Shown: piece by piece, positions 52,696 through 64,000 of the stretch
Numbering within the stretch: position 1 is the first letter of the stretch
Layout: the number at the start of each line of letters is the position of its first letter
From: Octopus sinensis
Taxonomy: Eukaryota
Direction of reading: 5' to 3'
Assembly: GCF_006345805.1 (NCBI RefSeq)
Contig: NC_043003.1
Coordinates: 70,432,001-70,496,000 of the forward strand
DNA length: 64,000 nt
Translations under genes and position numbers: made by a program
The notes under the pieces: model-generated
Databases searched by the model: none
What the model saw: the letters and a program-made list of their open reading frames with translations, nothing else
Told to the model about the DNA's origin: nothing

Positions 52696-53256
52696 TGCCT
52701 AGATGCAGTACCAGGCAGTGGCTCTCATGGCTTCTGATCTTAACTGATTGGAAGTGTTATCATGTACATTGTTTTGTCAGGGTATAAAAGATGGGCTACA
52801 TCAAATATTCTCAATACTCAACGCTCAATACGACAGATTTGCTTGTCAATTGTTTGACTTTAACCAGTTGAGCATGTCCCTTAGTGGCTGACGATATGTG
52901 CATCTCTGATCACGAGCAGAAGTAGTTGGGAGCATCATAGCCGTGTGTTGAGAAGGATTCTTAGAGGTTTGGATAATTCACTTCTGGAAACATGGGTGTG
53001 TCGTTCATCATCCTTAAACAACCCTTATTCAGGGACCTTTTGAGCGGGCTGGGCTACTTGACCTGAAGAAAATGCTAACTCGGCCCCACCTGCAAAGTCA
53101 TGCACTGTTTATCTTGATATGAGATCGCCATGTCACGCACATATAGTTGTAACTCATGTGCCTAGTGTACCCATATCAGGTGGATAGTTACAATGGGCAC
53201 ACTGGCTTCGTATATTTTATCCCATTGTCACTTTGATAGCGTGCACTGCTCCGGCA

Positions 53257-53260
<4 letters not shown>
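52696..53260 (+). mobile_element. Family F element, apparently full length
   Basis: Bounded by (AAT)n on both sides. Confidence 0.85.
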
Positions 53261-53333
<73 letters not shown>

Positions 53334-53336
<3 letters not shown>

Positions 53337-53847
53337 TCTTAACTGATTTGAAGTGTTATCATGTACATTGGTTTGTCTTGGTGTGAAAGATGGGCTACAG
53401 CAAATATTCTACTCAATACCACAGATTTGCTTGTCAGTTGTTTGACCTTAACCAGTTGAGCATGTCCCTTAGTGGCTGACGATATGTGCATCTCTGATCA
53501 CGAGCAGAAGTAGTGGGGGAGCATCATAGCCATGTGTTGAAAGGGATTCTTTGAGTTTTGAATAATTCACCTCTGGAAACATAGGTGTTTCGTTCAACAT
53601 CCTTAAACAATCCTTATTCAGGGACCTTTTGAGCGGTATGGGCTACTCAACCTGAAGAAAATTCTAACTGGGCTCCACCTGCAAGGTCATGCGCTGTTTA
53701 TCGTGATATGAGATCACCATGTCGCGCACATATGATTGTGATGCATGTGCCTGGTGTACCCTTATCAGACGGGTAGTCATGATGGGTATACTGGGCTTCG
53801 TATATTACCCCAGTGTCACTTTGATGGCATGAACTGCTCTCTCACTC
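53334..53847 (+). mobile_element. Family F element, slightly 5'-truncated
   Basis: Tandem with the previous copy and separated from it by (AAT)n. Confidence 0.85.
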
Positions 53848-53901
53848 AATAATATAATAATAATAATAATAATGATGATGATGATGATAATAATAATAAT
53901 G

Positions 53902-53952
<51 letters not shown>

Positions 53953-53961
53953 TAATAATAA

Positions 53962-55148
53962 TCTGACATAGAAAGACTATATATACAACGTATAGAAGGT
54001 GGTAGAGGCCTTATACAGCTGGAAAACTACTATAAAATAACCATCATAGGACTGCAAAAATACCTACTTCAGAAGGAAGGAAAACTGATCCAGATAGCAG
54101 CAAAACACGAGCAAAACAAAAAACTGTTCTCAGTATTTAAGGAAGCTGACAAATACAAACAAGAAATCAACCACCTAATAAACACAAAGAAGAAGAAGAA
54201 GATGATGAAGAAACAACAAAAGCTATAAAACAAATGAAATCCAAACTAAAAATAGAACAGCAACGAGCCATGATAAAGCGATGGCAAGAAAAACCCCTTC
54301 ATGGTAAATACTGCACTAAACTAAACGCAAAAGAAATAGACAAGGAAAAATCCCAGCAATGGTTGAGAAGCTCAGGACTCAAAGCAGAAACAGAGGGATT
54401 TTTAATTGCAGCACAAGACCAAAGCCTCCCCACCAGAAATTACCAAAAACATGTAATGAAAAGAAATATTACAAGTAACTGCAGAATATGTGGAGATGGA
54501 CAAGAAACAATAAATCATATTATCTCTAGCTGCCCAGTCCTGGCTAAGAAGGAATATATTCACAGACATGACAGAGTTGGAACCTACATACATTGGAAGC
54601 TATGCCAACATTATGGAATAACAACAGAAAAAAGATGGTATAGGCACACACCAGAAAAGGTCACAGAAAACGAGAAAGCAACCATACTCTGGGATATGCC
54701 GATACACACAGATAGAGAAATTAAGGCCAACAGACCAGATATAGTTGTCAGAGATCATGAAGAAAAAAAATGCTTTCTAATTGATGTATCAATACCGGCA
54801 GATGACAACGTGTCTCTAAAAGAAATGGAGAAACTCTCAAAATACAAAGACCTGGAAATAGAGGTAACTAGAATGTGGAACCTGAAAACAGAAACAATTC
54901 CTATCATAGTAGGTGCATTAGGCATGATAAAAAATATTCAGACAAATACATAACAAAAACACCAGGACTTACAAACACATATAACATACAGAAAATTGCA
55001 CTACTAGTTACTGCACACATCCTACGCAGAACACTTTCCATACAATAACCATCAGAGCATATACAACAAATCACAGCACATACCCAAGGCACACAGAGCT
55101 GCGCTCGGTAGTGAAGTGAAAGCACGCTATAAAAATAAAACTACTGAA
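53962..55148 (+). mobile_element. R4/Dong-clade non-LTR retrotransposon, 5'-truncated
   Basis: SDIERLYIQRIEGGRGL, WQEKPLHG, CCHC knuckle, RHD, PD..D..K endonuclease motifs, QKIALLVTAHILR. (AAT)n on both sides. Confidence 0.92.
54234..54953 (+). pseudogene. Open segment encoding zinc knuckle plus restriction-like endonuclease of the R4/Dong ORF
   Basis: 239-aa ORF with CRICGDGQETINHIISSC, HRHDRV, NRPDIVV, LIDVSIP, EKLSKYKDL. No RT domain present. Confidence 0.88.
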
Positions 55149-55158
55149 TAATAATAAT

Positions 55159-55211
<53 letters not shown>

Positions 55212-55282
55212 TAATAATAATAATAATAATAATAAAATAATAATAATAATAGTAATGATAATAATAACAACAATAATAATAA

Positions 55283-55660
55283 TAGGTTGAAAAAATCACC
55301 ATGTACTCCGAATTGAAAGTGGGAATGGCAAGACTGTATCGAATGCGAGAGGGTAATGTAAATGTGATACCAGTGGTGATCGGAGTGTTGGGCTCATTCA
55401 CATTAAAACTTCAATACTTCTTAAGGCAAATGGAAATTCCATGTAAGATTGATTTCTTGCAAAAAGGAGCCTTATTGGGCACAGCGTACATCTAAAGGAA
55501 AGTTTTATCTGTCTTCTGAGTCATTGTTGTGACTTGACGACGACTAAAGACTCCGATGCATGTTTACCTACACCGTGTTAAGAAGGAATAATAATAATAA
55601 TAAAAATAATAATAATAATATAATAATAATAATAATAATAATAATATAATAATAATATAA

Positions 55661-55716
<56 letters not shown>

Positions 55717-56065
55717 TATAATAATAATAGTAATGATAATAATAACAACAATAATAATAATAGGTTGAAAAAATCACCATGTACTCCGAATTGAAAGTGG
55801 GAATGGCAAGACTGTATCGAATGCGAGAGGGTAATGTAAATGTGATACCAGTGGTGATCGGAGTGTTGGGCTCATTCACATTAAAACTTCAATACTTCTT
55901 AAGGCAAATGGAAATTCCATGTAAGATTGATTTCTTGCAAAAAGGAGCCTTATGGGCACAGCGTACATCTAAAGGAAAGTTTTATCTGTCTTCTGAGGTC
56001 ATTGTTGTGACTTGACGACGACTAAAGACTCCGATGCATGTTTACCTACACCGTGTTAAGAAGGA
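55283..56065 (+). mobile_element. Two tandem near-identical R4/Dong 3' fragments (55283-55587, 55761-56065)
   Basis: YSELK..VIPVVIGVLG..LQKGALLGTAYI, period ~478 bp. Confidence 0.8.
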
Positions 56066-56080
56066 ATAATAATAATAATA

Positions 56081-56147
<67 letters not shown>

Positions 56148-56931
56148 GGTAACAGTGACCCCAACGGGCTAAGGTGCGCAAAGGTGTATGTGAGAATGCT
56201 TTGTGTGGATATGTATGTATAAATGGGAGTGAGTGAGTATGTATTTGTGGGCGAGTGTGAGTGTGTGTGTGTCTGTGTGTGTGCGTATGGACGGGTATAT
56301 ATGTGTGGGACTAACGTGTGTGTGTTATTTGTAGCAATTGATGCGTGCTTCCTCAGGTCGTGTGTGCACGTGTGTATGTGTGTGTGTCTCTGTGACCAAA
56401 TAGTGTGCATGTGTATAGTATATGCTTGTGGGCGAAATTTGCGTGTGTGTGCATATTGTTTGTGTTCAGGTGTTATGTGTTTGTGTGCGTGTGGGAGTGT
56501 GCATGGTGGTGTGTGGTGTGTGTACTGAGTTAAACAGTGTGTGTATCTGTTTGTATAGTGATATGTGTGGTAACACTATTAAAGATTGTGTGTGGGTGTG
56601 TGGATAATGGTGTGTGGTGTGGGTACTAAGAAGTGTTCTATGATAGTATGTGTGTAGAGTGGGAAGGTGTCTGGAGGGGTGTGTGTAATTGTGTGTGAAG
56701 TGAGTAATGAGTTGAGTAGTGTATATGGGTGTTTGTGTAGTGGTTTGTGTGTGTGAGGGTACAGAGATAGGCGGTATGTAGGTGTATAGGTAGAGGGGTG
56801 GCAGTTGAATGTGGGATTTGTGTGGGAATCCGTGTGGAGTTGGTATCAGATAAAGAGAGGTAGTGAGTTGAGCCGATATGATGCAAAAGGAGCGAAGATA
56901 TATATATATATATATATACACATATATATAT

Positions 56932-57295
56932 AGGTGTAGAAGTGGCTGTGTGGTAAGATGCTTGCTTATGCGTGGCACCTTGGGAAAGTGTCTTCCTCTA
57001 TAGCCTCGGGCCGACCAAAGCCTTGTGAGTGGAGTTGGTAGACGGAAACTAAAAGAAGCCCGTCGTATATATGTATATATATATATATATGTATGTGTGT
57101 ATATATGTTTGCGTGTCTGTTTTTGTACCCCCAACATCACTTGACAACCGATGCTGGTGTGTTTACGTCCCCGTAATTTAGCGGTTAAGCAAAAGTGACT
57201 GATGGAATAAGTCCTGGGATCGATTCGCTCGACTAAAGGTGGTGCTCCGGCATGGCCACAGTCAAATGACTGAAACAAGTAAAAGAGTAAAAGAG
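56932..57295 (+). mobile_element. SINE family A
   Basis: Head to gtaaaagag tail. Confidence 0.85.
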
Positions 57296-57436
57296 TATAT
57301 ATATATATATATATATATGACTACAGTTTTTTGTGATGTTTTTGCAGCTTTAATAATAAAGTATATTATTCTACCTCTGGTATTTGAGTTAAATCTTTGC
57401 CAACTTGATTCACATTTATGTGCTTACTCTGGTATA

Positions 57437-57863
57437 CTCTTTTACTCTTTTACTCTTTTACTTGTTTCAGTCATTTTGACTGCGGCCATGCAGGAGCACC
57501 GCCTTTAATCAAGCAACTCGACCCCGGGACTTTTTCTTTGTAAGCCCAGTCCTTATTCTATCGGTCTCTTTTGCCGAACCGCTAAGTGACGGGGACAGAA
57601 ACACACCTGCATCGGTTGTCAAGCAATGCTAGGGGGACAAATACAGACACAAACATACACGCACACACACACACATATATATATATATATACATATATAC
57701 GACGGGCTTCTTTCAGTTTCCGTCTACCAAATCCATTCACAAGGCTTTGGTCGGCCCGAGGCTATAGTAGAACACACTTGCCCAAGGTGCCACGCAGTGG
57801 GACTGAACTCGGAACCATGTGGTTGGTAAGCAAGCTACTTATCACACAGCCACTCCTGGGCCT
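57437..57863 (-). mobile_element. SINE family A, full length
   Basis: Full tail-to-head match. Confidence 0.9.
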
Positions 57864-57962
57864 AATATATATATATATAAGTGTGTGTGTGTGTGTGACA
57901 GAGAGAGAAAGAGAGAGAGAGAGTAAAAGACAGACAGGACAGAGTGACAGAGACAAAAGACT

Positions 57963-58006
<44 letters not shown>

Positions 58007-58563
58007 TATTTATCAAGAGATACGCATGCATACACACAAACACATGCACATTAATAAGAATAGATACTAGTTTCATCTCTTTGTTCATGGAAAGATAAAA
58101 CTTGATATGTAACCGTGTTGTTTACTTTTCACAGCAAAGATAAATTGTGTGTTTATTTAGAAAAACATAACTTACTTAAAACACGCGCGCAAGATTTGAA
58201 GAAAATGTATCCTTTATGTACCTTCTAGATTTATTCTGAGATTGTATATCATTGCTAATATCATATTGTTAATGTGTTTAAAATGTTAAAATACTTTGAT
58301 GTACATTTTCTTAGTTTTAGGAAACTATTACAACTAAACGTTTGGGGTAATAGCAGTGTACTTCAAGTGGGATTTGGCGTAAGACATTCTATGGGTAAAC
58401 AAGGCAGTGCGCATCAGTTTAAATAGTAGTTGTACCGTTTAACGCTCTCAGTCATGGAATAATTATATTTTTGCACTTTATTAAGCCCTTTCCTGCGCCA
58501 TATTTTCTTTTGCGCCAGTGGTCAAAGTTTGTAACAAATTATGTTTTATAACTTAACCATACA

Positions 58564-58915
58564 GGGGTGCAGGTGTGGTATGTGGTAAGAAGCTTGCTTC
58601 CCAACCACATGGTTCCAGGATCCAGCTCCACTACGTAGCACCTGAGGCAGGTGCCTTCTGCTATAGCCTTGAGCCGACCAGTGCCTTGTGAGTGGATTTG
58701 ATTGACAGGAACTGAAAGACGCCCGTTTTATATGTATGTGTGAGTGGTATGTGTGTGTATTTGTGTTTGTGCCCCCTCCCCCCGACACCACACTTAACAA
58801 CCGGTGTCAGTTTGTTTATGTCCTTGTAACTTAACGTAGCGGTTCCGCAAAGGGGTTCGATGGAATAAGCACCAGGTTTTAAAAATAAGTACCAGAGTCG
58901 ATTCATTCGACTAAA
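58564..58915 (+). mobile_element. SINE family A, diverged
   Basis: gtggtaagaagcttgcttcccaaccacatggttcc head and body. Confidence 0.8.
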
Positions 58916-60036
58916 AATTCTAAGGGCTGAAAGAAGAAAACGATAAAAGACATTTATTGTACAATTGACAGAGATTATTTACATAAGATTATTTAATGCG
59001 ATTAGGGATGATTTTAAGGAATGTCGGCCGAAAATAAATCACAAACAGTAATCATTCTGGAAACGAGGCTCCTAAAATTAATTCGTTAGAGGCAAATTGA
59101 CAGAATCATCAGAGCATAGGATAAAATGCTTTGCAACAGCCGTCCCTTCTCTCTGCGATCTGAGTTCAGTTCCGCCGAAGTCACTTTTATCATTTATCAT
59201 GTCACCATCGACAAAAACGAATGGTAGTGAATTCGAGGCGTTGGAGTACCAGAATATGTTTTGTACTTGAATATCTCTTATAAGTATATAAAATTATTGC
59301 GTATTTGTGAGGTGTAAGGAGTTTAGCTGGTACGTCTCTATTGGAGTGCATCTTGAGGTCTGTATTAGTGAGAGATTGACAAGAAATGTCTACGTTTCTT
59401 GTCGATGACGTCTGTGTGATGATAGTTGGTAGCGGGGGGAGGAGAATGAAGAGAGATACACTTCTGAATAGGAGTGAACTTTGCTAGCAATAGCATTAAG
59501 GAAGGGGAGAGAGACTCAACGAGATAATGCGATATACCAAAATCGATACCACGTGGAGGAGAATGAAACCAATAGCTCACATAGTGTCCTTGCGATGCTA
59601 CTGGAAGCTTCCGATTGAAGAGACAAAAGGCGTGTTGACCCAATAGGTGGGGAAACTTCAGTTGGGTTCCCATAGCAGACACTCAGTCATATATTCAAGT
59701 GATGCCAAATACAACGATAATATTTTCACCAAATTTCTCAAGAGAGAGTAGCGGCCATTGAGTGGCGATGCAGGAAAATATGTAAACATCAGATATGGTT
59801 TTGTAAAAGCCGTAGAAATTGCTATGAATGAGAAGAGGTACTGAAGACTTTGTAGAAGATGGTTGTTAACTGTTTATTTATTTTTTCTCACATTTGAGAT
59901 GTTGGAAGCGAGAGTGATAGGTCCATACGTAATAGACAGAATCAGATAAGTTGCGCGTATTGGAAATCAGGTACACTGTAACATGTTTCTAAAGATGGGG
60001 ACATATTAATGGAGTGAGTGAGTGAGCGAGTGAGTA

Positions 60037-60104
<68 letters not shown>

Positions 60105-61103
60105 CGCGAAAGAGAGAGATGAGAAACAGAGAAGGCTGAAGAAATTGGTAAGCTGAGAGATTAGCTTCGAGGAACACTCTATGAGAATAATTGTAAAGAC
60201 AGTGCTGGAGTTATTGACCCTGTTGGTCGAAGTTGTATGAAGGTACTTTGACATTTGCAATATATGTACATGTGATGTACCACAAGTCTGAATTATCGGA
60301 GCTAGTTGCAAAGCGGGCAAAACATGTGGAAGCCTTTTTCGTAGGCGTGATAATTACAGAGTGACGAGTCGGACGATTCCATAAAGTTAGTTACTAGTAC
60401 TTGTGGTGGGGTGGGGGTGGGGTACAGCCTACAGGGTATGCGATTCATGAATATAAACTGCACATTTCAGATATCGGTCTTGCAAGAGTTACAGTGCTGG
60501 GTAAAATGGTCAACTTAATAGGATTCGTATATCCTCGAATAGAATAGTTAAGCAATTTAATACCAGATTATTCTTATGTCAGCATTACCTTTCAAAATCA
60601 TAGAAGCGTTTACCTGATTTGAAGAGAACAATGAAATGAGTGCGTTATCTTGTCAGATTATCCTTCGGCGTCCCTTTTCAGCCTAATCTCTTCCGTAACT
60701 GTCAAAACCATTTTCTCTTTTATATATTACCTCTAAGTATACTTTACTGCAAGTCACTAGCAGACATTCGCTACAATAACACATGTGCTACAATAATACT
60801 GATTACACACTCGCTTTTATGATGCCACTATTAATCAATATTATTATCTAAGTTCTCTACTTCTCTTATTGTTTAATTGGACAGTTTCCATTGTGTAAAC
60901 TGCGTAGGGTGACTTTTGACATGTATTCAACATGTATTCATGTTAGATTTGTAATGTTCGTTCTTATCTGTTCAGTATCGCATCTGTTTGCAAGCAATAC
61001 TTTAAATCAATTGCTGTCATTGAATGTTTAACTGTTAGATTTGATGAATTATTCAATCTTTATATAGATTCGTACATTTAAGGTTATCAATATCTAAACA
61101 CAC

Positions 61104-61225
61104 AAGGCGGTGAGCTGCTAGAATCGCTGGCACGCCGGAAAAATGTTTAGCGGCTTTTCGTCTGTGGTTACGTTCTGCGTTCAAATTCCGATTTTGCATT
61201 TCATCCTTTCGAGGTCGATAAAATA
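61104..61225 (+). mobile_element. SINE family B, truncated by the adjacent foldback
   Basis: aaggcggtgagctgc head to tttcatcctttcgaggtcgataaaat. Confidence 0.75.
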
Positions 61226-61392
61226 AACTTTCATAGTGTACTTTTCTTTTTCCTGCAAGAGCACGTGGTAGCTTCCATTAATTTTCGTGGCATTGCTCAG
61301 ACAGCAGCTGAAGTTGCTACTACCAATGCCACGAAAATTAATGGAAATTACCACGTGCTCTTGCAGGAAAAAAAAGTACACTATGAACGTTT
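61225..61392. repeat. ~70-bp inverted repeat with 28-nt spacer
   Basis: ttcatagtgtac..cctgcaagagcacgtggta..cattaattttcgtggcattg and its reverse complement. Confidence 0.9.
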
Positions 61393-61627
61393 CTTTTATT
61401 AATAATTTTATTTTTCAATTTTTTTTCTCTACATATTTTATTTAAGTACATATTTTTGATAAGGTTTATAAACAACCGAAACATGTAAAACAAAAACATT
61501 TTTTCAATGTATTTATATAAAGAAATTTAAACGTACCTAATTTTAGAAAAGTAGCATTCTCGTTCTTCTTTTTCATAAATATCTACTTACTCGTGTGTTA
61601 CCTCTACATTATGTATATATATATATA

Positions 61628-63850
<2,223 letters not shown>

Positions 63851-64000
63851 ATATATATATGTATGTATATATATATATGTATATATGTATATATATATAT
63901 ATATGTATATATATGATATATAATACACATTATATAAACACACATATATATAATGTAATATGCTTTATATCATATATGTGTATTGATGTATAAGAAAAAA

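Noticed and set aside
52620-56150. CRISPR-like repeat-spacer array
   Set aside because: The separators are variable-length microsatellites and the units are retroelement fragments in a eukaryotic context

Overview
AT-rich, microsatellite-dense eukaryotic non-coding DNA. The SINE repertoire points to an octopus or related coleoid cephalopod genome (inferred, not searched). There is no intact host gene, and nearly all ORF-track entries are microsatellite artefacts. The window is a patchwork of: at least four tRNA-derived SINE families; 3' fragments of R4/Dong-type non-LTR retrotransposons sitting in (AAT)n tracts; RTE- and CR1-group LINE remnants; non-autonomous Helitrons; and mariner and hAT relics. 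Three signals stand out. (1) About ten minimal type-I hammerhead ribozyme motifs of the Penelope-associated kind occur, from several unrelated families, some next to inverted repeats. (2) A tRNA-headed SINE-like element carries a hammerhead in its tail and appears at two loci with an inverted tail copy directly upstream, as in Penelope insertions. (3) A ~560-nt ORF-less element occurs five times, always inside (AAT)n in one polarity and co-arrayed with R4/Dong ends. It is probably a non-autonomous partner of a microsatellite-targeting retrotransposon. Coordinates were read by eye, and repeat boundaries are approximate.
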